A stretch of DNA of 64,000 bases from Ammoniphilus sp. YIM 78166 (GCF_004522215.1 NZ_SDLR01000005.1:29086-93085), one strand, 5' to 3'. Numbered from the stretch's first letter, positions 39,221 to 50,362 are shown. The notes: generated from the sequence alone by a model not told the origin. Numbers and translations are program-made.

Positions 39221-41017
39221 TTAATCCAGATAAAACACCGGCCCTTTTGGGATAAACGGTAGATGGCGCCCTTTCGGCAGCAGAAAGGCATGATCCCGTT
39301 TCAATCTCAACCTCTCGCAATACCCATCTGTAATAATGAGAAGAGGCCCCTTTTTTGGAAAATCTTCTGCGTTTTCCAGCAGGTCTATTCCCGGCTGGAG
39401 AATGGTTCCCCCACGCCCTTTGATCCTAACCTTGTCGGCAATCACCTCCGGCGCCAGGTATCCTTCATCATAAGCGGCGGCGTCACAGAACACCACACGA
39501 ACAGCCGGAACATCCCGCGAAAGGCTATAGCTGGAGATTGCACCGAGAGCTTTGGCCAGTATTTTTTTATCCATCGAACCTGATGTATCTAGGACCACGC
39601 CGAACGTCCTTCCGTCATCCGACGCTCCGCTGGGAACCCATCTTGGCCGGGGGATGTCGGGTGTGGAGGACTGCCGTCGGCTCGCCCTCGCGTAGGTTCG
39701 GTTTTGTTCCAGCGGGGCAAAATAGTGGTCAAACCACCTCGCCAACTCCACATCCCACTTGATCGGTGGCTGGCCCAGTGCCCGGATTTCCTCGATGAGG
39801 CCTGCGGGGATAAACCCGCGGTTCTGCTCCTGATGATAAATCAACCCTTGGGTCAGGCAATTCCGGAAAAAATCATCCAATGTCGTCCCTTCCCCCACTT
39901 CCCAGAAACCCGGATTCCCTTTATCCAGCATATCCCCCAACCCGATCCCCCGCAGCGTATAAAGCTTGCGATAGGTTCTTATGTCGGTAACGATCCGGTC
40001 ATAAATGGCTTCCGTGGACAACCCTTTGAGCTCTGGATCCATCAGCCCTCCGACTTTGGGAAACTCACCTATTCCTATCTCCACCAGCCAGCCGTTGATT
40101 ACATAATCACAGGCCACATTCCACAGATAGGGATCTCTTCCCTGGCAGCGTTCATGGTGCCGTAGTCCGGCGTGCAGCAGCTCGTGGGCAATGACGAATT
40201 TGCATTCGTGCTCATCCAATCCGGAGGCCGGGTTCATATAAATTTCCCGGTCTTCGATATCAATCGCGGCAACGGAGATGTCCAACCGGGCACAGATCGC
40301 CGGGTCTTCGATGAGCTTAAAGCTAGCTGCAAGAGACCCCAGCAGAGGATAATGGTCGATGAACCAATTTCGGGCTTTTGCAGCAGGGGTTAATTCGTGC
40401 GTTTCCTCCCCCAAAAAAGCCGTATAACCAGCAGCCACTTTGACCGCACTGGTCACTGCCATCGACAGCCCTTTTCCCAGGCAGGCTTCCCAATCCACAT
40501 CTCGGTTCCAATAATGGTATTTGTCGGAGAACACCAAATCTCCTTGCGAGCCTCCTACTCCCCAGTGACGCAGAGGCTCCGGAATCCCGCGTTCAGAAAA
40601 CTGAAGATACAAATCCTCCTCACTTTTGGAACGAAAATCGAGCATGCCGCTCAATTCCTTGGGAGGAGTCCCCCATTTCATGTCGGAAAGAAATTTGGCT
40701 ATGAAACAGTCACACGCGGTATTCCATGCCACCTTGTTTTCTTTGGCCTGAAAATGACCAAACCCGAGATGCAAAAGACAGTGAGCCAGCACGTACATCC
40801 ATTCGCTCACTTCACCGCGTCGAGTGGGGTGAACATGAATGGCCCCCTGCCGGGTAACAACGGCCCAGCCGTCGTCGGGACATATTTGGCTGTCTTGCCG
40901 GTAAAAACGGGCATGCAAAGCCAACGGGGCAAACATCGGATGCTGATGCAACATCTGCAGCGCTTCCGAGTAATTTTTCAACGCGATATCCAATTCAGGC
41001 TTTTTTCTTTTGCTCAT
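39221..41017 (-). CDS. vWA-domain protein with N-terminal DUF2201-like putative zinc-metallopeptidase domain
   Basis: 598 aa; two HExxH-like motifs (LAHCLLHLGFGH, IAHELLHAGLRHH); C-terminal MIDAS DTSGSMD. Confidence 0.75.
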   Translation of the reverse strand: MSKRKKPELDIALKNYSEALQMLHQHPMFAPLALHARFYRQDSQICPDDGWAVVTRQGAIHVHPTRRGEVSEWMYVLAHCLLHLGFGHFQAKENKVAWNTACDCFIAKFLSDMKWGTPPKELSGMLDFRSKSEEDLYLQFSERGIPEPLRHWGVGGSQGDLVFSDKYHYWNRDVDWEACLGKGLSMAVTSAVKVAAGYTAFLGEETHELTPAAKARNWFIDHYPLLGSLAASFKLIEDPAICARLDISVAAIDIEDREIYMNPASGLDEHECKFVIAHELLHAGLRHHERCQGRDPYLWNVACDYVINGWLVEIGIGEFPKVGGLMDPELKGLSTEAIYDRIVTDIRTYRKLYTLRGIGLGDMLDKGNPGFWEVGEGTTLDDFFRNCLTQGLIYHQEQNRGFIPAGLIEEIRALGQPPIKWDVELARWFDHYFAPLEQNRTYARASRRQSSTPDIPRPRWVPSGASDDGRTFGVVLDTSGSMDKKILAKALGAISSYSLSRDVPAVRVVFCDAAAYDEGYLAPEVIADKVRIKGRGGTILQPGIDLLENAEDFPKKGPLLIITDGYCERLRLKRDHAFLLPKGRHLPFIPKGPVFYLD

Positions 41018-41020
41018 GGG

Positions 41021-42082
41021 CTAGGCTTCCTTCCTATCCACCAATCGGGGCAGATCGCGCACGATTTCCACCATGAACCAATCCGGTAGCGCATTCCCTT
41101 CCCCATGCTTGGCCACCACCATTTGCGCCATTTCCAGACTGATGGAGCTTAACTCCTTAATCAGAGCTTTGGCGCGGTGGGCGAACCGCTTATGGGCATC
41201 CGTCACCTCTTGTTTTTGAGCCGGCAATTCTTTGATGATTTGTGCTCGGAACGATTGGGATAAGAAATACAAAACATCCCGGTCTTCCGGGGCATGAGGG
41301 AAAGACATTTCCCCCTCAATGATTTTATTCAATTGGTATCTTCCGCTCAGCTGCTTATGAAAAGCTTTAAATTGCGATGCATGATGCGGAGTCAAACTGC
41401 CGTGGGCCAGGATACCGACCCACTCGTGCGTGAGATTCTCCCCGAATTCATAGAGGGCATCGCTTAGCATATGCCAGGACCGGGGGGTGGAAAAGGGTTC
41501 CTCCGTTTTAGGGGGCTGGCTCCATAAATGATCCGGGCGTACCTGCAAATATTCCAGCACCAGCGGATGAAGGCCGTTTTCAAAAGCCCAATTCAGCCAT
41601 TCTTGAAAAGAAACCCGCAGTTGGACATGAAACATCCGGTTGATCAGTGCAGAAGACAGCGGTTTGACGATCGCACTATCCTGCGCCCGGTTTCCTGCGC
41701 CAATGACAATGGAGCCCTCGGGAAGCTGATATTCCCCGATTCTTCTTTCATGAATGAGACTGTAGAAAGACTTCTGCACCTCGTGGGAACAGGCATTCAA
41801 TTCATCTAGAAACAGACAATAAGGTTCTTTTCGGGCAATCATGCCCGGTGGGCAAAAGCGGCTCGTTCCGTCAACAATTTGCGGAACACCTAGGATATCT
41901 TCCGGAGCAAGCTGACTTCCCAGCAGAGAGACGCAGGGCAGACCCACCTGCGCTGCAAATTGCTCAACGAGAGAGGATTTTCCGATTCCAGGTGCCCCCC
42001 AAATGAACACGGGTCGAATCACAGCCGTATTTAACAGCAATTCCGTCAATTGCTTTTGGGTTACTGATACAGCACTATTCAT
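41021..42082 (-). CDS. MoxR-like AAA+ ATPase
   Basis: 353 aa; Walker A IWGAPGIGKSSL, Walker B CLFLDELNAC; 4-nt gap to the downstream vWA gene. Confidence 0.8.
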   Translation of the reverse strand: MNSAVSVTQKQLTELLLNTAVIRPVFIWGAPGIGKSSLVEQFAAQVGLPCVSLLGSQLAPEDILGVPQIVDGTSRFCPPGMIARKEPYCLFLDELNACSHEVQKSFYSLIHERRIGEYQLPEGSIVIGAGNRAQDSAIVKPLSSALINRMFHVQLRVSFQEWLNWAFENGLHPLVLEYLQVRPDHLWSQPPKTEEPFSTPRSWHMLSDALYEFGENLTHEWVGILAHGSLTPHHASQFKAFHKQLSGRYQLNKIIEGEMSFPHAPEDRDVLYFLSQSFRAQIIKELPAQKQEVTDAHKRFAHRAKALIKELSSISLEMAQMVVAKHGEGNALPDWFMVEIVRDLPRLVDRKEA

Positions 42083-42175
42083 TCCTTTTCCTCCGAGTAA
42101 TAGGCTTCATTTTATCTATTAACAACTATCATTTTACCATCCTCTTCAGAAAATAGGAGACAAACGGATTCTTTC

Positions 42176-42228
42176 CGATCCGGCATGCACAGGATACCTT
42201 CGCATACGATGCGCGGCATGATCTCGCA
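42176..42228. repeat. second copy of 53-bp repeat (see 32896-32948), upstream of MoxR/vWA operon
   Basis: 94% identical to copy at 32896-32948. Confidence 0.7.
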
Positions 42229-42405
42229 AAAAACTTTATTTTCCAAGACAGGAGGTAAAGCTTTTTGCTTTCTAATCTCATACTTAACTTTTCATGTATA
42301 AAGCCAAAATTCTTTAACAATTTCCCTAATTATGTTAATATTTGGTTGATTAATAGACCGGCCATATTAATGGAATTTATCAGTAGAAGGAGGAGAATTC
42401 TTCGC

Positions 42406-43641
42406 ATGCCTCAATCCATACTCATCGACCATTCGCAAAAAGAATTCCCGGAATTTTTGTATGTGACGCTGGACTTAGAAGGGTATTCTCAAACCATTTT
42501 TAATCACGATATTGATATTTTCAGCTACAGACTTTACATACCTAAAGGTATACGAACCCACTCTCGTGAAAAGCCTGTCCCTCTGGTCATTATGCTTCAT
42601 GGTTGTGGCCAAACTCCAGAGTCGTTTGCAAAAGGAACGCAAATGAACGAACTAGCAGAAAAAGAAAATTTTATTGTCCTATACCCTGAGATGAGTAATG
42701 TTGCGGATTGGTTTGTTTTTAGGACATTGCTTTTTAATCCTTATCTTTTTTATTTCCTAACTCCTTTACAGGTAAGGTTGTTAAGGGATTCTATTCAGCT
42801 AAATGGATCGATGTTAAAAAAGAATGTTCTACAGTCCTATCCGAATTCGTTAGATTGGGTAAGTCAGCATTTAAAGATGAATCCGTTTTTTAGGGACTAT
42901 TATGAGGAATTAAACTCAACCGATTGCTGGAATTGGTTTTTTGATGAAAATCAGCATCGTGAAAAAGGACAACCTCAAATCATCATTGAAATCATCCACC
43001 AAGTAAAAAGCTTTTTAAATAACGAATATCATATTCATATTGATGAGAAAAAGACGTATGCTGCAGGTTTCTCGGCTGGTGCGGCCATGGCGGGCATTCT
43101 CGGAGCCACCTATCCCGATAGATTTAGTAAGATCGCAATCTGTTCTGGTGTACCCTACCATGCAGCGAAGCCACGTAACAAAGCTGATCTTAAACATATT
43201 TTTCACGATGCTGTTTCTGTGATGGAAAAGGGTGTCGAAGATCCCTTTGCATGTGGTGACAAGGCATTTGAGGAAATGAAGAAGGCATTTAAAGAAGTAG
43301 GGAAAAGAACCATGCCTGTCCTTATTTTGCAGGGTACCGATGATAGCATCGTACGTCGAATCAACGGGGATCAGGTGTTTATCCAATGGGCACAAACGAA
43401 TTTTCGCATTGAAGGTGGTCACGGACGAGTGCCTATTAGTTTTCAAAATCCTATCCAAGCGCAGGAAAATGGACGAGAATATAAAGAATATATCTATAAA
43501 GATAAAAGTGGATACCCCTTAGTCCAACTTCGGATGATCGAAGGGCTAGAGCATAAATGGTCTGGTGGAAGTGATGAAGGTTCTTATACCGATCTCCTCG
43601 GTCCAAAAGCAACCGAGCATATATGGAAATTTTTTAAGTAA
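42406..43641 (+). CDS. alpha/beta-hydrolase esterase (PHB-depolymerase / LpqC-like family)
   Basis: VIMLHGCGQTPESFAKGT oxyanion/His region and nucleophile elbow GFSAGAAMAG; start set at MPQSIL with RBS GAAGGAGGAG. Confidence 0.7.
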   Translation: MPQSILIDHSQKEFPEFLYVTLDLEGYSQTIFNHDIDIFSYRLYIPKGIRTHSREKPVPLVIMLHGCGQTPESFAKGTQMNELAEKENFIVLYPEMSNVADWFVFRTLLFNPYLFYFLTPLQVRLLRDSIQLNGSMLKKNVLQSYPNSLDWVSQHLKMNPFFRDYYEELNSTDCWNWFFDENQHREKGQPQIIIEIIHQVKSFLNNEYHIHIDEKKTYAAGFSAGAAMAGILGATYPDRFSKIAICSGVPYHAAKPRNKADLKHIFHDAVSVMEKGVEDPFACGDKAFEEMKKAFKEVGKRTMPVLILQGTDDSIVRRINGDQVFIQWAQTNFRIEGGHGRVPISFQNPIQAQENGREYKEYIYKDKSGYPLVQLRMIEGLEHKWSGGSDEGSYTDLLGPKATEHIWKFFK

Positions 43642-43699
43642 ATATCACGAGACTGCGTGAGGAAAAAGAATGAAAAGGGGATTTGATGCGACCCTCTAT

Positions 43700-43900
43700 T
43701 TTACATCCTCCCTATCTCCAAGGTATAATATAATTAACTAGTCACAACAATAAAAAAGAGACCGACAGTGCTCGAACACTACCGGTCACGTACAACAGAC
43801 GTTCCCCAATTTGGGGGCGGCTCAGTTTAGGAAGAAATAGACCACAGAGTTGTCAGCTCACGGGTGGTCTATTTCTTTTTGGTCATGTATGTCCGTTAAT
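43700..43900. repeat. decayed second copy of the type I toxin/antisense-sRNA module (promoter and terminator retained, toxin ORF truncated)
   Basis: TTTACA-17-TATAAT and hairpin+U-tract conserved; toxin coding region retains only ...TYMTKKK end and fuses into DUF2075 remnant. Confidence 0.7.
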
Positions 43901-43904
43901 GTGA

Positions 43905-44090
43905 ACACGCCTAAATTCATGATGTTAATGACGGCCCCGTTTTGTTTGGCGTACTTCTGAATGTCAGCTAGACTACCGGTATCTTTTAACCTCACATGCT
44001 GCTTCAATGACTTCTTTGGTTTGGTTTTCTCCCAGGTTTTGAAACATCCCTGATTTTTCGTTGACTTCATATACAATCATGGCCGACCCT
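43905..44090 (-). pseudogene. DUF2075-gene remnant (multiple internal deletions)
   Basis: retains segments homologous to 27590-27660, 27700-27760 and 28790-28816 of the intact copy. Confidence 0.6.
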
Positions 44091-44440
44091 TCCCTTTAAA
44101 AGCTCGTTGTATTTCTTATTGGATCCGAAGGCTTTACCCACCGGGTATTTTTGCTTGTTTTTCTCGATCTTTTCTTCGATCGCTTCCTGAATATTGATAT
44201 CTAAATCATGAGCGAGGTATAACGCATAGATGAGAACGTCCGCGAGCTCCTCTTTGATCTTGGGAAGGTTCTGTTCCACCGCTGTTTGGCTATCCTTCCA
44301 CTGAAAGTTCTCTAGCAATTAACTCGCTTCTAGTGAGATCGAGATCGCAAGATCCTTGGGAGTGTGGAATTGTTCCCAGTCTCTTTCTTTTCGAAAGGCT
44401 AATAATTCATGGATGAGTTCTTGCACAGGTTTTCCTCCAG
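44067..44440 (-). pseudogene. MazG-like gene copy inactivated by nonsense mutation
   Basis: ~90% identical to 28832-29161 including upstream region; GAA to TAA at codon 35 (..ISLEAS-stop), downstream ORF 44067-44318 is the out-of-context C-terminal part. Confidence 0.65.
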
Positions 44441-44545
44441 GGGTATGTTTTGATCTATTATACAATCTCTGGAATGTATTCTCACCTTAGGAATAAAGTA
44501 ATAAGGATAAAAAGGGGGGGTGACATGCTTCCTACTGGCTGCTCT

Positions 44546-45295
44546 TTACCACTCAAATTCCTCGGGATATTCCACATTTGGCCTTATCGCAGATATCGGA
44601 CAATTATACTCCCTCGCAACAACGAAAACATGGTTTTTGACTTGCTGATATTCATCCCCAAACTCCGCTAACCTTTTTGCCATGGTAGGTATACTCTTGA
44701 TTCGTTTATCTTTGTCCATGTCCATAAACCTGCAGTTCAGGATGTCAACATATTGCGTCGCATAATGATCAAACCACGTATAGTCCTTATTCATCAGATT
44801 CATCATGCGGGGAAAGGAAGCATCGGAAACGGTCTCTTTAATACATTTTATGACCGATGACTGGAACACTCTCACCATGGCAATGGAAGGGTCCCATATA
44901 TTACGCTTGTCTACCATGACATCATAACTCTTTTTTGCATTCTTCCGAGCATAAAGCTTTACAAAATCATTGAGTGCCATCAATACAAACAGCATTTCGG
45001 GCCAAAAGACATGAAATTTTAAGTATATATTTTTGTCAGGAGCGATAACTCCCAGCCATTTCTTTTTTTCATCATCCAACCCATTCTCCACAAACTCCAT
45101 TTCTCGGTTTCCCATCAACGCATGGCGCATGTCATAGCAAACGCCCAGCACTCTTAAGCGAGCTGTTTCGTATGCGGGGTATTCTTCCTCTTCTCCCACT
45201 ATCGCATGGAGCGCTTCGTAGAGTTCTTCAATATCCAAATAATCCCCATAGACAGCTATGCCCATATTATTCGGGGTATTTTTAGCAAAAATCAT
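44546..45295 (-). CDS. hypothetical protein (249 aa)
   Basis: long ORF, no recognisable motifs. Confidence 0.5.
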   Translation of the reverse strand: MIFAKNTPNNMGIAVYGDYLDIEELYEALHAIVGEEEEYPAYETARLRVLGVCYDMRHALMGNREMEFVENGLDDEKKKWLGVIAPDKNIYLKFHVFWPEMLFVLMALNDFVKLYARKNAKKSYDVMVDKRNIWDPSIAMVRVFQSSVIKCIKETVSDASFPRMMNLMNKDYTWFDHYATQYVDILNCRFMDMDKDKRIKSIPTMAKRLAEFGDEYQQVKNHVFVVAREYNCPISAIRPNVEYPEEFEW

Positions 45296-45369
45296 TTTCT
45301 CAGATCCCTTCTTTAACCACAGGTTTCTTGCCTAGTATAGCCAACAGTAATTCGATCTTTACCTGAATG

Positions 45370-46130
45370 TTACTTCCGGGAAGATGGTTGACGCGGTTCC
45401 TCACCATTCGGATTAGCCAGCAGATAAGGCAAACGGTCATCCTCCGCAACCCTCATTTTAATCTGATCCACCATAGAATCGTGCTGACACAAGAAATTCC
45501 ACAACCCTATTCTAGCCTCTTCGTCTAAAATGATATATTCTTCCACCTCTAGCATACGATCCTTGAACTGATAAAGCACATACCCCCTAGGGTTGTCCTC
45601 ACTGTTGCGATAAACCCCTACTTTATAGTTGAATGGCTTGACATGATAGTCCCACCAGTCCAGCGACCGATCCAGCATACCGCAATAGCTCGAGGCAAAC
45701 CGCTGATACATCTCTTGCAAGAGGCTTGTGCCGCTCCTGTCCGTTAGCCTTTCTACTCTTCCCTTTGTCCTAGTCAGCAGAGTAAGATGTGCTGCGTCAA
45801 GCTTATGAATGTCCGGTTTCTTTCATTGAAACCAGGGCCTGCCTAATCAGCAGACTGGCGCTCCCTTTTCTCCGGTGCTCCGGCCAAGTCGCAACTCCGG
45901 CAACCCCACCCATGCTAAAGCTCTTATGGGCTATGTATATCTTCAGTGGCAAAATATGAAGCTTAGAAATTAATTGCTCCCCCTCATATTCTCCCCAAAT
46001 CTCATGAAGCTTCGCTCGTTCCCTTCTTTCCACCGCTTGCTCTGGGCTCAGCTGATATTGAAAAGCATATTGAGAAAGCGCTAAGCTTTGCTCTATGTCC
46101 TGATATTCTAATTTAACAAAAGCAGCAGTT
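45370..46130 (-). pseudogene. Eis-like GNAT acetyltransferase pseudogene (decayed copy of 60006-61175)
   Basis: ORFs 45370-45720 and 45803-46033 are ~90% identical at the protein level to segments of the 389-aa Eis-like protein; ~70-bp deletion and frame breaks. Confidence 0.65.
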
Positions 46131-46296
46131 TACACGATCTCGAGTCGGCTTAATCGGCTCCTATATCCGGTTGAATGAACCGTTTAGTGGTATATCGTCG
46201 ATCAGCACGATTTTTACGAATGATACACAACGAAATTTGTGTATCATTCAATATCCACAAATAACTAGATAAATAATGTGTATTATATCCTAGCAT

Positions 46297-46563
46297 TTAT
46301 TTCATGACATTTAATGTGAACCACACACAAGTGAATTTTAGGGTTTGATCTTCTTGCATAGCGATCTCCTCCAATATTTGCGTGATTTCCTCATTTTCAG
46401 AGGCTTCAAGTAATAATAACCAACGTACCAAACGATTTTCCCGTGGATTCACTTCCCCATTTCGCCATTTAATTAACAACTTAGGCAGCTCCATGAAATG
46501 AATCTCTAAAGCATCTGTCAACAAATTCATCGAACTACAAAAGATGCAAGATGGCCTCACCAT
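46297..46563 (-). pseudogene. Rpn/YhgA-like (PD-(D/E)xK recombination-promoting nuclease) C-terminal fragment
   Basis: LEIHFMELPK motif characteristic of Rpn-family proteins; only 88 codons. Confidence 0.35.
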
Positions 46564-46682
46564 ATGAAACTTCTAATACCATGATAAAACCCGTGCTTAA
46601 CAAGCGCGGGCCGTTTTTATTCGGTTTCCTGGATTGTTACCCCAAGGATGTAATCAGCTGCTCGCTGGGAGTGGACTTTCTG

Positions 46683-47033
46683 CTACTTCCGCAAAATCTT
46701 CTCCATCTCTTTTCCCTTTGCTAACTCATCGATCAGCTTATCCAAATAGCGAATTTCCTGCATCGTGGGTTCCTCAATGTCTTCAACTCGGACACCGCAT
46801 ACCACTCCTTTAATCAAAGTTCGTAAAGGATTTAGTTGGGGAGCCTTCGCAAAGAAAGTCTCAAAGTCTGTCTCATTTTCCAGTTGTGCTTCGAACTCTT
46901 CCTGGCTATAGCCTGTCAACCAACGGATGATCTCATCTACTTCTGTTTTCGTCCGTCCTTTTCTTGTTGCCTTCGTAACATAATGTGGATAGACACTTGC
47001 GACACTCATGGTATAGATCTTATGTTTAGTCAT
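46683..47033 (-). CDS. DUF2200-domain protein
   Basis: 116 aa; [34 protein letters not shown] matches DUF2200 family signature. Confidence 0.65.
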   Translation of the reverse strand: MTKHKIYTMSVASVYPHYVTKATRKGRTKTEVDEIIRWLTGYSQEEFEAQLENETDFETFFAKAPQLNPLRTLIKGVVCGVRVEDIEEPTMQEIRYLDKLIDELAKGKEMEKILRK

Positions 47034-47327
47034 ACATTAACAACTCCTACTCTTCTATTGAGGACTCACTACGAAGAATTCTAATCGGTAATCATATTTG
47101 TATCCATCGGGAGTAGCTTTCATCTCCCCCGTTTTGGTTTGCAAACTCTTTACATTTGGGTGTTCGTCTTCAGTTTGTATTTCATTCTAACATTTTCTTT
47201 ACTGTATGAATGAATGATCAAACAAATTTAATCAATTAATCTTACATCCGTTAAAGAAAAATATTCCATCATTGAAAAAACCCATTCCAACGGAAAGCTA
47301 GAATGGGTTAGGATCCTTGTGTTATTT

Positions 47328-48152
47328 TTATCGAACATTCATCTCACTAGGATGTGGACCTTTACGTCGATTACGATTCAGTTGATTTATCTCGTTCATT
47401 TCATTTGAAGTTAATTCGAAATCAAATACATGATAGTTTTCTTCAATTCTTGATGGTGTTACAGATTTCGGTATGACGATGGTGTTATTTTGTAAATGCC
47501 AGCGCAGCACCACTTGAGCTGGCGTTCTGCTATGTGACATAGCAATCTTTTGAATGACTTCGTCTTGCAACACCTCTCCTCCCTGGTCAAGAGGACTCCA
47601 AGCTTCTACGAAGATATTATGTTTTGAACAAAAATCTTTTAACTCGTTTTGAGCAAGGTAGGGATGACACTCAATCTGATTCAATACGGGTACCACTTCA
47701 CATTCTTTTAAAAGTCGCTCTAAGTGTTCAATTTCAAAGTTACAAACCCCAATTGCTTTTACTCGGCCATCATGATAAAGCTTTTCTAACGCTTTATAGG
47801 TTTCGATATACTGGTCAAATTGCGGAGTAGGCCAGTGGATCAAATATATATCAACATAATCAAGACCTAATCTTTCCAAGCTCTCGTCAAATGCACGTAA
47901 CGTATTTTCAAACCCTTGATCACTATTCCAAACTTTTGTTGTAATAAATAACTCATTACGAGGAACAGATGATTCAGCAATAGCCTGCCCAACGCCCTTT
48001 TCATTCTTATAGATCATCGCCGTATCAATCGATCTGTAGCCAACTTTAATGGCAGTAGCAACGGCTTGTGCGGCTTGATCATCTGCAACCTGCCATACAC
48101 CAAATCCAAGCTGTGGCATTTTTAAACCATTATTCAGCGTAACCAAATTCAT
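47328..48152 (-). CDS. aldo/keto reductase (YvgN/YtbE-type glyoxal/2,5-diketo-D-gluconate reductase)
   Basis: 274 aa; AKR catalytic tetrad context (D..Y..K..H: IDTAMIYKNE, LIHWP) and C-terminal IPKS motif. Confidence 0.9.
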   Translation of the reverse strand: MNLVTLNNGLKMPQLGFGVWQVADDQAAQAVATAIKVGYRSIDTAMIYKNEKGVGQAIAESSVPRNELFITTKVWNSDQGFENTLRAFDESLERLGLDYVDIYLIHWPTPQFDQYIETYKALEKLYHDGRVKAIGVCNFEIEHLERLLKECEVVPVLNQIECHPYLAQNELKDFCSKHNIFVEAWSPLDQGGEVLQDEVIQKIAMSHSRTPAQVVLRWHLQNNTIVIPKSVTPSRIEENYHVFDFELTSNEMNEINQLNRNRRKGPHPSEMNVR

Positions 48153-48182
48153 CGTCCAATTCTCCTTTTATTATTCGAGATA

Positions 48183-49394
48183 TTATTTTGAAACTTGAAC
48201 CCTTAAAGAAGATTTTCCTACTAATCCATAATAAGAAAGGAAAGCCATTAAGCTTGCTAATAAAATAATCATTGCCATGGGAATGGCAGAATATTCTCCG
48301 GCTAATCCTACGAGTGGAGCCGTTAATGACCCTAATACAAAGGGCAGGAGTCCTAATAGTGCAGAAGCACTACCGGCAATATGTCCTTGTGTTTCCATTG
48401 CTAAAGAAAAAGAAGTTGAAGCAATGATTCCTATCGACATAACAAAAAAGAAGATGGGAATCACGACTGCTATAAGCGGTGCTTTTAATAATAGAGCCAC
48501 TAGTAAAACAGCACCTGCTAGATTCGAAATCAATAACCCAATCTTTAAGAAGGTTCTCTCAGCTATGACACCTGTAAAGCGGCCAACCACCTGAGTTCCA
48601 ATGATTAAGGCAACTCCATTCAATCCAAATAATAGACTGAACACCTGGGGCGTTACCCCATAAATATTCTGATAGACGAAAGGAATACCCGAAACATAAG
48701 CAAAGATACCTGCAATGATGAAACCTTGAGTAAGCGCATATCCCATGAACTGGCGATCTTTTAACAAAGTGCCAAAATTCTTCATTATTTGTGAAAAATT
48801 ACTTGGGACGCGTTTTTCCTCTGGTAACGTTTCTTCCAGTTTAGATGAAACAATGAAATACAAAATAATACCTATACAAGCTAGAACAAGAAAAACTCCT
48901 GACCAATTGGTAAACGCCAATACTATACCTCCAGCAATTGGTGCCACAATCGGCCCAAGGTTCCCCACCAACATCAATAAAGCAAAGAACTTGGTGAGTT
49001 CCCTTCCACTGTATAGATCGCGAACAATGGCTCTAGATATAACAAGGCCACCTGCTGCTGCAAAACCTTGTAGAAAACGAGCCCCAATAAAGGTGTAAAT
49101 ATTGGGGGCAAACGCACAAATAACAGAAGCGATTAAATACAGGATGAGGAAAATCCTCATGGGCTTACGGCGTCCTTGAACATCACTCATGGGTCCAATA
49201 ATCAGTTGGCCTAATCCCAATCCTAAAAGGCACGTCGTTAAACTAATCTGGACTAAAGAAGCAGTAGTATGGTATTCCTTTACGATAGTAGGGAATGCAG
49301 GTAAATACATATCAATGGTGAAAGGACCTAAGAGTCCCAGTGAACCTAAGAGTAAAGCAAGTTGTAATCGTTTCTTCCCGGCTAATTTATTCAA
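48183..49394 (-). CDS. MFS transporter, Bcr/CflA drug-resistance subfamily
   Basis: 403 aa, 12 TM; N-terminal FTIDMYLPAFP and motif GPMSDVQGRRKPM typical of Bcr/CflA. Confidence 0.85.
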   Translation of the reverse strand: MNKLAGKKRLQLALLLGSLGLLGPFTIDMYLPAFPTIVKEYHTTASLVQISLTTCLLGLGLGQLIIGPMSDVQGRRKPMRIFLILYLIASVICAFAPNIYTFIGARFLQGFAAAGGLVISRAIVRDLYSGRELTKFFALLMLVGNLGPIVAPIAGGIVLAFTNWSGVFLVLACIGIILYFIVSSKLEETLPEEKRVPSNFSQIMKNFGTLLKDRQFMGYALTQGFIIAGIFAYVSGIPFVYQNIYGVTPQVFSLLFGLNGVALIIGTQVVGRFTGVIAERTFLKIGLLISNLAGAVLLVALLLKAPLIAVVIPIFFFVMSIGIIASTSFSLAMETQGHIAGSASALLGLLPFVLGSLTAPLVGLAGEYSAIPMAMIILLASLMAFLSYYGLVGKSSLRVQVSK

Positions 49395-49599
49395 GTATTT
49401 CTCGCCTTTCTATCAACAATCATTTTCCATTAGGATGTTAAGAGCTTGCTTGATTTTACACTCATATAGGCGCAGGCAGTTTAACTAAAGAAGGAAAAAG
49501 CACTTAACTCTTAAATGTATGTGCATGCATATAAATTAGCATATGACAAAACACTTCGTCAACGATAACATACGGAGCGTTTTAAGTCCTGTTACCCCA

Positions 49600-50043
49600 T
49601 CATGGTCTTAATTGGTCAAATAATCGCTGCAGTTCTTTATGAATCATATCTTGAGAAAAAGCCTTTTCAAGGGTTTCATGAACCGTAACGGTCGCCTTTT
49701 TAAGCTTTTCCTCTCCCTCAGCTGTTAAGGAAGTGTAGATGGCCCTTCGATCGTCTCCGCAAACATATCGCTTTAATGTTCCACAGCCTTTTGCTTCAAA
49801 TCGACTGACCAGTCTTGACATAGCACTTTGACTAAGCCCCACCATACTCTGTAATTGTTGTAACTTTAATTTTTTTTCCGGGGCTTCAGATAAAAATAAA
49901 AGCACGTAGAATTCGTTTAATGATAATTGATGATTTTCTTGAAGTATGATTTCTAATTTATTCGTGATTTTCATTTGAATATGGGTTAATGATATCCAAT
50001 TCGTTATCAATTGTTTATTTTGGTTTGATTCCATTCGTCCCAC
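49600..50043 (-). CDS. MarR-family transcriptional regulator
   Basis: 147 aa; wHTH LSLNEFYVLLFL...LSQSAMSRLVSRFEAKG; adjacent MFS efflux gene. Confidence 0.8.
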   Translation of the reverse strand: MGRMESNQNKQLITNWISLTHIQMKITNKLEIILQENHQLSLNEFYVLLFLSEAPEKKLKLQQLQSMVGLSQSAMSRLVSRFEAKGCGTLKRYVCGDDRRAIYTSLTAEGEEKLKKATVTVHETLEKAFSQDMIHKELQRLFDQLRP

Positions 50044-50362
50044 CTATTCTAGGCACAAGTTAACTCTCGCAATGCTTTATCCCTGCTCATTCATTGGTTT
50101 CCTACTCTATAGTAACAAGTAAACATTTCAAGAGTCAAACGGGACCTTGCTCCCCTACTTTTGAACATGAATCGTTCGATGATCGTACATGGTCAGAAGC
50201 GCTAAGGGGGAACCACACTAATATTAAACTTATTTTAATGGAATCCATATGTTCAATGTCCTTCCTTAATTGACTGATATGTCTGATTCAATAGGCAGCT
50301 GACTCCATAACTCAATAAAATAAAAATAGCCAATGCAACTATTGGAAATTTCACAAAGATTA

